This document shows positions 28,341-38,144 of a stretch of DNA of 64,000 nucleotides, piece by piece (the stretch's first letter is position 1; each line of letters opens with the position of its first letter). The DNA is from an uncultured Pelagibacteraceae bacterium (GTDB lineage: Bacteria > Pseudomonadota > Alphaproteobacteria > Pelagibacterales > Pelagibacteraceae), in assembly GCA_902597335.1 (NCBI GenBank), contig CACJXK010000004.1:57981-121980 (forward strand), written 5' to 3'. The translations under genes and the position numbers were made by a program. The notes under the pieces were generated by a model. It saw only the letters and a program-made list of their open reading frames with translations, was not told the origin of the DNA and did not search any database.

Positions 28341-29936
28341 ATGAAATATTTAGACGCATTAATTATTGGTGCTGGATTTTCAGGTTTATATCAGCTTCAC
28401 TGTTTGAGAGATAAATTAAAATTAAATACTTTAGTTGTCGAGGAGGGTAAAGATATTGGGGGTACATGGTATTGGAATACGTATCCAGGAGCTCGTTGTG
28501 ACTCTGAAAGTTTTACCTACGGTTTTACTTTTTCTGAAAAAATTTTTAAAAATTGGACGTGGAAAGAAAGATATCCAAAGCAAAATGTAATTTTAAAATA
28601 TTTAAAATATTTTTCAAATGAACTAAAATTAAATAAAAATATAGTTTTTAACGAAAAAGTAATTTCAGCAAAATATATAGAAAAAAAAAATTTGTGGAAA
28701 GTTCAAACAAATAATAAAAAAAAATATTACACCAAATATTTAATATGTGCTGTTGGATCATTGTCATCTATAAATCTTCCAAAAATAAAAGGAATTAATC
28801 AGTTTAAAGGTCAATTACATCATAGCGGAAGATGGCCAAGAAAAAAAATAAACTTTAAAAACAAAATTGTAGGACAAGTAGGAACTGGTTCTACTGGAAT
28901 CCAGATAGCACCTGAAATTGCAAAGAAAGCCAAAAAATTAATTTTATTTCAAAGATCACCAAACTTTAGTATTCCTGCAAGAAATAGAAAACTGACTAAA
29001 AAAAATATTCAAAATTATAAACAAAATTTCAAAAAACTCAGAAATTTTTTAAATAGAACACCAGGAGGACATCCCTTTGAATTTCCTAAAAAATCTGCTT
29101 TTGATTTTAACGCGACAAAAAGAAATTTACTTTATGAAAAATCTTGGCAGTATGGAACTCTATCTTTTAGGGCAACATTTAATGATATAGTAAAAAATAT
29201 CAAAGCTAATCAAACAGCAGTTAACTTTATAAAGAGTAAAATATATTCAACAGTAAAAAATAAAAAATATGCTGATATATTAACTAATTTTGATCATCCT
29301 TTTACAGCTAAAAGACCTACTTTAAATACAAATTATTATGAGATGTTTAATAAAAAAAATGTCGAATTAGTTGACTTAAAGCAGAGTCCAATAGTTAAAA
29401 TAACTAAAAGAGGCATTAAAACTAATAAAGGTGAATACATTTTGGATAAAATTATTTTTGCAACAGGTTTTGATGCATTAACTGGATCAATTTTAAAACT
29501 TAATATAACCGGCAAAAAAGGTATAAATTTATCTAAATTTTGGAGCAAAGGTCCTAAAAGTTTCTTAGGCCTTCTTGTTCCGAATTTTCCAAATTTATTT
29601 ATTGTGAGTGGGCCTGGTAGTCCATCAGTTTTAACAAATGTTCCAGTACAAATAGAGCAACATGTTAATTGGATTACAAATTGTATTAAATATTTAGAAA
29701 AAAATAGAAAAAAAAGTATTGAAACTACCAATCTTGCAGCAAAAAAATGGCAAAAAGAAATTATGAATTCAGTTAAAAAAACATTATTCATGAAAGCCAA
29801 AAGCTCATGGTATAAAGGCGACAATATACCTGGTAAACCAAAGACCTTTTTACCTTATCCTGGTGGAATGCCAAAGTATAAAAATGAATGCTTAAAAGTT
29901 GAAAAGAACAAATATAAAGAATTAAAAATATCCTAA
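28341..29936 (+). CDS. Type I Baeyer-Villiger monooxygenase (cyclohexanone/acetone/steroid monooxygenase family)
   Basis: GAGFSG, GGTWYWNTYPGARCD, BVMO fingerprint FKGQLHHSGRWP, GTGSTG, AKRP and ATGFD. Confidence 0.9.
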   Translation: MKYLDALIIGAGFSGLYQLHCLRDKLKLNTLVVEEGKDIGGTWYWNTYPGARCDSESFTYGFTFSEKIFKNWTWKERYPKQNVILKYLKYFSNELKLNKNIVFNEKVISAKYIEKKNLWKVQTNNKKKYYTKYLICAVGSLSSINLPKIKGINQFKGQLHHSGRWPRKKINFKNKIVGQVGTGSTGIQIAPEIAKKAKKLILFQRSPNFSIPARNRKLTKKNIQNYKQNFKKLRNFLNRTPGGHPFEFPKKSAFDFNATKRNLLYEKSWQYGTLSFRATFNDIVKNIKANQTAVNFIKSKIYSTVKNKKYADILTNFDHPFTAKRPTLNTNYYEMFNKKNVELVDLKQSPIVKITKRGIKTNKGEYILDKIIFATGFDALTGSILKLNITGKKGINLSKFWSKGPKSFLGLLVPNFPNLFIVSGPGSPSVLTNVPVQIEQHVNWITNCIKYLEKNRKKSIETTNLAAKKWQKEIMNSVKKTLFMKAKSSWYKGDNIPGKPKTFLPYPGGMPKYKNECLKVEKNKYKELKIS

Positions 29937-29937
29937 A

Positions 29938-30681
29938 ATGAGAACTATAAAATTTTTAATAGTATATTTATTTTTAACAACCAATTTACTTTCAGCAGAG
30001 ATAGAAATTTTAGTTGATAAACCAGGTAAGGGAAAAAAAATTATTAATCATTCTTGGGTACAAATTGAATATACTGGTTCATTTATTGATGGAAAAGTAT
30101 TTGATACTAACGTTGGAAAAGACAGACCTTTAGTGGTTCAAATAGGAATGAGAGAAGTTATACCTGGTTTTGAAATGGGTATAGTTGGTACAAATAAAGG
30201 CACAATCAGAAAAATTAAAATTCCCTCAAAATTAGCATATGGTTCTTCAGGAGCTGGAGATGTAATACCTCCAAATTCAGATCTTATTTTTGAATTTAAG
30301 ATTATTGATGTTTTGGATCCAAATTATAATTTAATTTCATCTGATCAATTAAAAAATTTATTAGATAATAATGCAGTTGTTTTAGATATTCGAACAGACG
30401 ATCAATGGAAAAAAACTGGTGTAATTAAAGGATCATTTCAAGAGACTGCGTTTGATAAAAATGGAAAATTTAATGTTTATTTAATGGATAGAGTTAGAGC
30501 CTTAGCTGGCGCAGAGTCACAAAATATTGAAATTATATTCGTTAGCAATGATGGAGAGACTGCATCAATTTTAGGCAATGCCTTTGCAGAAGACCTAGGT
30601 TTTAAAAATGTATACGTTTTAAAGGGCGGAATAAAAGCTTGGATTAAAGAGGAAAAAGCATTAGTTTCTTTCTTAAAATAA
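29938..30681 (+). CDS. Exported FKBP-type peptidyl-prolyl isomerase fused to a rhodanese-like domain
   Basis: Signal peptide. FKBP motifs YTG..DGKVFD, VIPGFE and AYG.....IPPNSDLIFE. Rhodanese motifs LDIR and GFKNVYVLKGGI.AW. Confidence 0.82.
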   Translation: MRTIKFLIVYLFLTTNLLSAEIEILVDKPGKGKKIINHSWVQIEYTGSFIDGKVFDTNVGKDRPLVVQIGMREVIPGFEMGIVGTNKGTIRKIKIPSKLAYGSSGAGDVIPPNSDLIFEFKIIDVLDPNYNLISSDQLKNLLDNNAVVLDIRTDDQWKKTGVIKGSFQETAFDKNGKFNVYLMDRVRALAGAESQNIEIIFVSNDGETASILGNAFAEDLGFKNVYVLKGGIKAWIKEEKALVSFLK

Positions 30682-30699
30682 CATCAAATCATTTAAAAA

Positions 30700-31479
30700 A
30701 TGAAGCTTAAAGATAGAGTAGCAATAGTTACAGGTGGAGGCAAAGGTATAGGCGAAGAAATTTGTATTGGCCTAGCAAAAGAGGGCGCTAAGATTGTTAT
30801 AGCAGAAGTAGATATTACAAATTCAGAAAATGCTAAAAAAAAGATTTTAGATACAGGCAGTGAAGCAATAATCGTTAAAACTGATGTTTCTAAAAAAGAT
30901 AGTATTAATGAAATGGTAGAAAAAACCATTCAAACATTTGGAAAAATTGATATCCTTATAAATAACGCAGGCATAAGACATGTAAAAAAATTGTTAGATC
31001 ATTCTAAACAGGACTGGGACGATATGATTTCAGTTAATCTTACAGCACCATTTCTTGCAAGTCAGGCTGTAATTCCTCACATGATTAAAAATGGTAAGGG
31101 AAAAATTATAAACTTTGGTTCTATAGCTAGTTTTATGGGTAGACCTGATAGAGTAGGTTATGTTGCAGCTAAAAGTGGGGTACTAGGCTTAACGAGAGCA
31201 TTGTCAGTTGATCTTACTGGAAAAAATATAAACGTTAACACTATTTGTCCTGGATTAATATCAACTCCTTTCAACCAAAAATATGCTGAAGATCCAAAAC
31301 ATGGTGAAGCCTGGGGAAAAGAAACAGTTGTAGGAAGATGGGGGCAACCAAAAGATATTGTTGGAGCAGCAGTATTTTTATCAAGTGATGAATCAGACTT
31401 TATAAACGGATCTGAGATTAAAATTGATGGTGGATGGCTTTCCTCAAAGGTTAGAAAGGGAGAATTAGATAATGAGTAA
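30700..31479 (+). CDS. Short-chain dehydrogenase/reductase
   Basis: TGGGKGIG, NNAG, YVAAK, VNTICPG and DGGW. Confidence 0.9.
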   Translation: MKLKDRVAIVTGGGKGIGEEICIGLAKEGAKIVIAEVDITNSENAKKKILDTGSEAIIVKTDVSKKDSINEMVEKTIQTFGKIDILINNAGIRHVKKLLDHSKQDWDDMISVNLTAPFLASQAVIPHMIKNGKGKIINFGSIASFMGRPDRVGYVAAKSGVLGLTRALSVDLTGKNINVNTICPGLISTPFNQKYAEDPKHGEAWGKETVVGRWGQPKDIVGAAVFLSSDESDFINGSEIKIDGGWLSSKVRKGELDNE

Positions 31480-32989
31480 TTTTGAAAAAAATTATGAATT
31501 AGCTCTTAATAATGCAAAAAGATTATCAGATAAAATTTTGATAGATGGTAAATTAATTTCTGCTCAAACCGATAAAAAAATATCAGTTTTAAATCCTAGT
31601 TCTGGAGAGAATATTGGTTCAGCACCACAATGTGATAAGAATGATGTTAATATTGCAGTCGAATCTGCTTTTAAGGCATTTCAAAAATGGAAAAAAATAC
31701 CAGCTCGTGAAAGGGGAAAGATGGTTGCTGCAGGTGCGAAGAGATTAGAGGAAAGAAAATCTGAGATTGAGACTTTGCTTTCATTAGATACTGGTAATGC
31801 TTTAAGAACTCAAGCTGTGCCAGAAACCGCCGCATCTATTGAGCTAACAAATATGTTTGCAGGACTATCAGGAGAGTTAAAGGGTGAGAATTATCCACCC
31901 AATATCCCAAATACTATTCATTATACAACAAGAGATCCAATTGGTGTGGTTTGCGCAATTGTACCATGGAATGCTCCTTTATTTTTAACAGTTGCTAAAA
32001 TTGCTCCAGCAATAGTTGCTGGTAACAGCGTTGTGTTAAAAACAGCTGAACAAGCACCTTTTTGCGCTTTACTCTTATCTGAAATATTCCAACAAGAACT
32101 ACCACCAGGAGTTTTAAATGTTATTTCAGGATTCGGAGAAGAGTGTGGTGAACCTTTGGTAACTCATGAAAAGGTAAGAAAAGTAACTTTTACGGGATCT
32201 TTTTCTGTTGGAAAAATCATTGCTGAAAAAGCTGCTCCGAAATTATGTCCTGTTACTTTAGAACTTGGTGGGAAAAATCCAAATATAATAATGAGTGACG
32301 CTGATTTAGATATTGCAATTCAAGGTGTAATTGATGGTATGAGGTATACCCGTCAAGGACAAGCATGTACTGCGGGGTCTAGAGTTTATATTCAGGAAAA
32401 AATTTATGATAAAGTTATCAATGGTGCAGTTGAAAAACTGAGTAAACTAAAAATGGGAAATGCTTTAGATGAAGGATCGGATATTGGAGCGATTATCTCA
32501 GAGGAGCAACTAAAAAGAACTTTGCATTATATGGATATAGCAAAGCAAACTTCTTCAGCTAAAGTTGTACATGGTGGCAATCAACCAACAGGTGGTGATT
32601 ATAAAAATGGTTTCTTTTATGAGCCTACACTTATGTCAGGGGTACCGGTAGACTCTCCTGTTTGTCAGGAAGAGATTTTTGGGCCAGTAGCTTGCGCTAT
32701 TCCATTTAAAACATTTGAAGAAGTAATGCAAAGTGCGAACGATACACCATTTGGATTATCAGCTGTGCTTTGGACTCAAAATTTGTCTAGAGCTCTAGAA
32801 TTTGTTGAAGATATTGAAGCAGGATTTGTTCAAGTAAACCAATGCGTTGCTCCAAGAGCAAATGTATCTTATGGTGGTTTAAAAATGAGTGGTCTAGGTA
32901 AAGAATATGCGTTTGATAGTATGATAAATCATTTTACTCAAAGCAAAACAGTTTTGATAAATCGAGGAAAATCAAATATAGATATTTAA
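31472..32989 (+). CDS. NAD(P)-dependent aldehyde dehydrogenase
   Basis: PWNAP, FTGS, LELGGKNP, catalytic Cys in MRYTRQGQACTAG and EEIFGPV. Confidence 0.92.
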   Translation: MSNFEKNYELALNNAKRLSDKILIDGKLISAQTDKKISVLNPSSGENIGSAPQCDKNDVNIAVESAFKAFQKWKKIPARERGKMVAAGAKRLEERKSEIETLLSLDTGNALRTQAVPETAASIELTNMFAGLSGELKGENYPPNIPNTIHYTTRDPIGVVCAIVPWNAPLFLTVAKIAPAIVAGNSVVLKTAEQAPFCALLLSEIFQQELPPGVLNVISGFGEECGEPLVTHEKVRKVTFTGSFSVGKIIAEKAAPKLCPVTLELGGKNPNIIMSDADLDIAIQGVIDGMRYTRQGQACTAGSRVYIQEKIYDKVINGAVEKLSKLKMGNALDEGSDIGAIISEEQLKRTLHYMDIAKQTSSAKVVHGGNQPTGGDYKNGFFYEPTLMSGVPVDSPVCQEEIFGPVACAIPFKTFEEVMQSANDTPFGLSAVLWTQNLSRALEFVEDIEAGFVQVNQCVAPRANVSYGGLKMSGLGKEYAFDSMINHFTQSKTVLINRGKSNIDI

Positions 32990-32991
32990 AT

Positions 32992-33918
32992 ATGACAGAT
33001 CAAATTGCTTTCATAGGAGTTGGAAATATGGGTAATCCAATGGCCGACCAGTTAGTTAAAGCTGGAAAAAAAGTTAAAGCTTATGATGTTTCTCCTGAAA
33101 TGATACAAAAAGCAAAAGAAGCAAATTTAAACGTAGTAGAAACTTTAGATGAAGTACTCGATGGTGCAAATTTTATAATTTCAATGTTACCTGAGGGAAA
33201 ACATGTTAAATCACTTTTTTTAGGCGAAAAAGGAATAATCGATAAAATATCAAAAGATGCATTAATTATTGACTGTTCAACAATCGATATAGAAACTTCG
33301 TTATTACTCGGCAAAGAAGCTAAAAGTAGAGGCATTAAAATGATTGATGCACCTGTTACAGGAGGTGTTATGGGTGCAAGAGTAGGCAAACTTAATTTTT
33401 TAGTTGGTGGAGATGACGAATCTGTAAACTTAGCAAGACCATTAATGGACATTATGGGTCAAAAAATTTTGCACGCTGGACCCCAAGGGAGTGGTGTTGG
33501 AGTTAAAATCTGTAATAATATGTCCTTAGGTATTTCAATGATAGCTGCATCAGAGGCATTAATGTTAGCAAAAAGACTAAAGATGGATTTAAAAAAAGTC
33601 CATGAAATAATGAAAAATGCATCAGGAAATAATTGGGCCTTATCGACTTACACTCCCTTACCGAATTTAACAGATGGTGTTCCTTCAAACAATAAATACA
33701 GACCTGGTTTTTCTGCTGCAATGATGACAAAAGATTTAAAATTAGCAAATGATGCTGCAAAATCAGTAAGCGCATCAACCCCTTTAGGAAAACATGCTTT
33801 AGAAATTTTTTCAGAATTTTGTAACGAGGGAGAGTCTGAAACTGATTATTCAGGTATATCAAAAAAAATTGGTGGCGATGCTTGGGATTACCCTTTTGAT
33901 CCAAAAGGCAAAGATTAG
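32992..33918 (+). CDS. mmsB: 3-hydroxyisobutyrate dehydrogenase
   Basis: FIGVGNMG.PMA, ISMLP, DCSTID, DAPVTGG, KICNNM and Y.PGF...M.KDL.LA. Confidence 0.8.
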   Translation: MTDQIAFIGVGNMGNPMADQLVKAGKKVKAYDVSPEMIQKAKEANLNVVETLDEVLDGANFIISMLPEGKHVKSLFLGEKGIIDKISKDALIIDCSTIDIETSLLLGKEAKSRGIKMIDAPVTGGVMGARVGKLNFLVGGDDESVNLARPLMDIMGQKILHAGPQGSGVGVKICNNMSLGISMIAASEALMLAKRLKMDLKKVHEIMKNASGNNWALSTYTPLPNLTDGVPSNNKYRPGFSAAMMTKDLKLANDAAKSVSASTPLGKHALEIFSEFCNEGESETDYSGISKKIGGDAWDYPFDPKGKD

Positions 33919-34039
33919 CTATTAAACCTCAAGTTGCATATTCAATTAATGTAACAATTTAACGTTTTACATTTCTCAGTCAATAATATTAACTTAGATT
34001 ATTATTAAGTCTTAATAACAATAAAGAGAGGGATATATA

Positions 34040-35128
34040 ATGAAAAAAATCACATCAATGATTTTAGCTTTAGTATTTGCAGTTTCAGTAATTGGTTCTG
34101 CATCTGCTAAAACATTAAAAATCCAACTTACTTTTCCTAAAACATCTTACGATGGACAAATCGTAAAAATGTGGACTGATAGAGTAACAAAATTAACTCG
34201 AGGTGAGTTAAAATTTGAACTTTTATCAAAAGGTGAAGTTGTTGGAATGAAAGAAACACTAGAAGCCGTTGACAAAGGTCTAGTAGATGGTGGTGCAGCA
34301 TGGACTCACTACTGGTCAAACTATCACCCAGCTGCGATGTTATTTGGTTCGCCAGTTGCTGGAGGAGGAATTGGATTAAGTACTAAATCTTGGTTAGCAT
34401 GGTACTTCGACAATGGTGGTAAAGAGTTATACGACCAATTGTGGAGCGAAATGGGAATGAATGTTAAAGGTTTTGTGATGGCATCATCTGGACCAGAAGC
34501 ATTAGGTTGGTTTAAAGAGCCAATCAAGAATATGGATGATTTCAGAAAATACAGATTCAGAACTCCTCCAGGAATTCCAGGACAAACATACAAAGATATC
34601 GGAATTGCATCAGTATCTTTATCAGGTGGTGATATTTTACCAGCGCTTGAAAAGGGAACAATTGATGCAGCAGAGTGGTGTTGTCCAAAACCAGACTCAG
34701 TATTTGGTTTCCAAAAAGTTCTTAAAAACTATTATTTACAAGGTCTTCACCAAAATGTTGTAAATGGAGACATTTACATAAATGGTGATGTTTATAATTC
34801 TTTAACTGATCATCAAAAATATGCAATGGAAGTTGCATCTGAGGCTATGATCACAAGAAATATTACAAACAGAGCTGTAGAAAATGGAAAAGCGTTAATT
34901 GATCTTACTCAAAATCATGGTGTAAAACTATGGGATACACCAGCTGATTATTTCACAGAGTACATGAACGCTGCTCAAGCTACTCTTAAAAAGAATGCAG
35001 CAGAGAATGCTTTCTTTAAACAAGTTTACGAGCACATGACTGAGCACGCAAAAGTTGTAGTACCTTTTATTGCACAAATGGAAACATCTGATGCATCAAT
35101 TGGATCTGCATTTGCAGCACAACAATAA
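34040..35128 (+). CDS. TRAP transporter substrate-binding protein (DctP, TakP-like)
   Basis: GAGAGGG RBS and signal peptide. EALGWFK, conserved Arg in FRTP, LPALEKGTIDAAEW. Confidence 0.9.
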   Translation: MKKITSMILALVFAVSVIGSASAKTLKIQLTFPKTSYDGQIVKMWTDRVTKLTRGELKFELLSKGEVVGMKETLEAVDKGLVDGGAAWTHYWSNYHPAAMLFGSPVAGGGIGLSTKSWLAWYFDNGGKELYDQLWSEMGMNVKGFVMASSGPEALGWFKEPIKNMDDFRKYRFRTPPGIPGQTYKDIGIASVSLSGGDILPALEKGTIDAAEWCCPKPDSVFGFQKVLKNYYLQGLHQNVVNGDIYINGDVYNSLTDHQKYAMEVASEAMITRNITNRAVENGKALIDLTQNHGVKLWDTPADYFTEYMNAAQATLKKNAAENAFFKQVYEHMTEHAKVVVPFIAQMETSDASIGSAFAAQQ

Positions 35129-35138
35129 GTAACTTTAT

Positions 35139-35171
35139 AAAAAACGGGGATTTTACTAATCCCCGTTTTTT
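35139..35171 (+). terminator. Intra-operonic hairpin/terminator after the TRAP SBP gene
   Basis: AAAAAACGGGGATT-TTACT-AATCCCCGTTTTTT, a 14-bp stem. Confidence 0.8.
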
Positions 35172-35203
35172 TAATAATTTAATTAAAATAATATACTTGT
35201 TCA

Positions 35204-35860
35204 ATGGTTGATAAAGATTCAGAACCTAAAGTTAAAGAAAATTTAGATATCACTGACGAATTAATTGCTGAAAGAAGAACAAGTACAAAAATGCCTGAGG
35301 ACATGATTCCTTGGATGGCAAAAACAATCGAATTTATTGACTCAAAAATGCTTTTATCAGGCAAAATAATAATGTGGATCACAATTCCACTTATTTATGC
35401 AATGATACATGAAGTAATTGGAAGACATTTTTTTAATAGACCTACACTTTGGTCTTTTGATATTAGCAGAATGTTAGCAGGAGCTTTGTTCATGCTTGGT
35501 GCAGCATATACGTTATCAAAAGGTATCCATATAAGAGCTGACTTTCTCTATAGAAATTGGACAGTTAAAAATCAAGCTAAAGTAGATTTATTTTTATATC
35601 TTTTGTTTTTTATACCAGGTTTCTTAGTATTTTTTTATGTAAGTTTTGATTATGCTTACACATCAATTTGTGGAAGATCAAATCTTGAAGAATGTTTAGG
35701 TGGAAAAGTAAGAATTCAAAGAGCGATGGATACCACGTGGATGCCAATTATGTGGCCATTAAAAAGTTGTATGCCAATTGGAGCCTTTCTACTTTTAGTT
35801 CAAGGTTTTTCTGAAATACTTAAAACATATTATGCTTTTGTGAAAGGAAGATGGCCTTAA
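35204..35860 (+). CDS. TRAP transporter small permease (DctQ)
   Basis: EVIGRHFFN.PT.W, HIRADF and four transmembrane helices. Confidence 0.88.
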   Translation: MVDKDSEPKVKENLDITDELIAERRTSTKMPEDMIPWMAKTIEFIDSKMLLSGKIIMWITIPLIYAMIHEVIGRHFFNRPTLWSFDISRMLAGALFMLGAAYTLSKGIHIRADFLYRNWTVKNQAKVDLFLYLLFFIPGFLVFFYVSFDYAYTSICGRSNLEECLGGKVRIQRAMDTTWMPIMWPLKSCMPIGAFLLLVQGFSEILKTYYAFVKGRWP

Positions 35861-37191
35861 TGGAATTCTTTTCACCAGAAATAATCGGCGCAATAATGAT
35901 TGGTTGCATGTTGTTTGCAATTTTTGTTGGATTTCCTATTTCATTTACGTTGATTTTTTTAGGTCTTGTTTTTGGTTATTGGGGATTTGGAAAGTTAGTT
36001 TTCTATTTAATGACCTTGCAATTCAATATGATAATGACCGAGAATACACTGGCCGCCGTTCCACTCTTTATATTTATGGGAATTTTGATGGAGCAAGCTG
36101 GATTAATGGAAAGATTGTTTAACGCGGTACAACTAATGCTATCGAAAACTAGAGGAGCATTGTTTTATGCTGTTATGTTTGTTTCAACTATCTTTGCGGC
36201 AGCAACTGGGATTGTTGGAGCTTCAGTCACAATTTTAGGAATTATGGCTGGAAAAACTATGATCAGGACTGGGTATGATACCAGACTTTCTGCAGGTCTA
36301 ATTTGTGCTGGGGGTACTTTAGGAATTTTAATTCCTCCAAGTATTATGTTAGTTGTTATGGGTCCTGTATTAGAAATACCAGTTACAGATTTATTCGCAG
36401 CAGCAATTATCCCAGGAATTCTTTTAGCATTTTTGTATGCCGCTTACACAACGTTAAGATGTTTTTTAAATCCTAAACTTGGTCCTGTATTACCAGCTTC
36501 AGAACGACCAAAAAATATGGCTAAGGTCTGGTATGAGTTTTTAATGGGTTTAATTCCTCCTGCTGGTTTAGTTTTCTTTGCCTTAGGAAGTATTTTATTT
36601 GGTCTTGCAACTCCAACTGAAGGTGCTGGCATGGGAGCTTTTGGAGCAATACTTTTAGCATTAGCATATAAAAAACTTACCTACCATGGTCTTAAAGAAG
36701 CTCTATTAAAAACTTTAGAGATAACCGCATTAATTATGTTTTTAGTTGCAGCCTCAAATTTTTTTGGTGCGGTATTTTCAAAATTAGGAACTCCATCTCT
36801 ACTAACAGACTTCTTATTAAATCTTGATGTAAATAAATATGTGATCTTAGCAATTATAATGGCTGCAATATTTTTACTAGGTTGGCCTTTAGAATGGGTT
36901 CCAATAGTATTAATAGTTTTACCAATAGTTTTACCTTTAATTTTGGAATTAGGTTTTAACTTAACTTGGTTTGCAATTCTTGTAGCAGTCAATTTACAAA
37001 CCGCCTGGCTTTCTCCACCTGTAGCTCTATCAGCTTACTTCTTAAAAGGTGTGGTCCCTCAATGGGATTTAAAAGATATATATTTAGGTATGATGCAATT
37101 TATGGTTATTCAATTAATTGGCTTAATATTAATTATTATATTTCCCCAAATAGCATTATGGTTGCCAAGCATAATGTATCCTAGTCCTTAG
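35851..37191 (+). CDS. TRAP transporter large permease (DctM)
   Basis: LAAVPLFIFMG, AGGTLGILIPPS, ATPTE and LSPP. The start may be 35860. Confidence 0.92.
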   Translation: MALMEFFSPEIIGAIMIGCMLFAIFVGFPISFTLIFLGLVFGYWGFGKLVFYLMTLQFNMIMTENTLAAVPLFIFMGILMEQAGLMERLFNAVQLMLSKTRGALFYAVMFVSTIFAAATGIVGASVTILGIMAGKTMIRTGYDTRLSAGLICAGGTLGILIPPSIMLVVMGPVLEIPVTDLFAAAIIPGILLAFLYAAYTTLRCFLNPKLGPVLPASERPKNMAKVWYEFLMGLIPPAGLVFFALGSILFGLATPTEGAGMGAFGAILLALAYKKLTYHGLKEALLKTLEITALIMFLVAASNFFGAVFSKLGTPSLLTDFLLNLDVNKYVILAIIMAAIFLLGWPLEWVPIVLIVLPIVLPLILELGFNLTWFAILVAVNLQTAWLSPPVALSAYFLKGVVPQWDLKDIYLGMMQFMVIQLIGLILIIIFPQIALWLPSIMYPSP

Positions 37192-38116
37192 CTTTTTTAT
37201 TAATTTGGGGAATAATAGTTCCTACTAAAATAATAATTAACGATATAAATATATTAATGGATATTGTTGATCCCAAAACTATCCATGACATTGTAGCACC
37301 AATAGGACCTGTTAATGGATACATCAAACTAATTCTACCGATAGGTGCTCTTCTTAAAGCAAAGTTATAGAATAAATAAGCCCCAAAAGTTATAAAAGAT
37401 AATGTTATTGCTGCAAGAACTGGAGGACTAAAATTTAAGTAATTATTATATGTGAAACTACTATCAGGCCATACTATAAAAAGTATTAGAATAGATAAGA
37501 TTGCTCCAATCATGTATTGAAAAGTATTAACACCTAATTGATTTACTTTAGTTTGCATAAAACGTCTTCCAAGAACTTCGTTAATAGAAACACACATCAT
37601 TCCTAAAAATATTATAAAGTCCCCTAAATAATTTCCGCCACCAATTTTCCTTTGAGTTGATAATAAAATTAAAGTTCCAATAATTGTAATGAATGCACCA
37701 ATTATTACCTTGATCTCAATTTTTTCTTTCAAAAATACTCTTGCTACAAAAGGTTGCCAAATTGGAAGTGTACTGATCAAAGCAACTCCGCTTACTGGTG
37801 AGGTTAGCAACAGTCCTATATGAAAACTGAGAGTTACCAAAAATGGATTTAGGAGACCCATTAAAAATGGAGTTAATCCAATTTTTTTTATTGATAAATC
37901 TACTCTCATTAAAAGAGCGAATATTAACATTAAGACAAATGCCAAAGAAAATCGGACAGCCATCAAGTCCATTACGTAAAATTCTTGCAATGCCAATTTT
38001 ACAAATGGAGGTCCAGAGCCAAAACCTATAACAGCAATGAACATCGAAATGTATCCAATATTACTTTTTATAAAAATCATAAAATAATAAGCTACAGTTA
38101 TCACTTTTATAGACAT
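37181..38116 (-). CDS. DMT/EamA family transporter
   Basis: Ten hydrophobic segments in two EamA repeats (AVRF, FLKEKI, LGD). The start may be 38080. Confidence 0.82.
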   Translation of the reverse strand: MSIKVITVAYYFMIFIKSNIGYISMFIAVIGFGSGPPFVKLALQEFYVMDLMAVRFSLAFVLMLIFALLMRVDLSIKKIGLTPFLMGLLNPFLVTLSFHIGLLLTSPVSGVALISTLPIWQPFVARVFLKEKIEIKVIIGAFITIIGTLILLSTQRKIGGGNYLGDFIIFLGMMCVSINEVLGRRFMQTKVNQLGVNTFQYMIGAILSILILFIVWPDSSFTYNNYLNFSPPVLAAITLSFITFGAYLFYNFALRRAPIGRISLMYPLTGPIGATMSWIVLGSTISINIFISLIIILVGTIIPQINKKAKD

Positions 38117-38144
38117 ATAAAAATATTAGTTTAGAATCTTTAAT

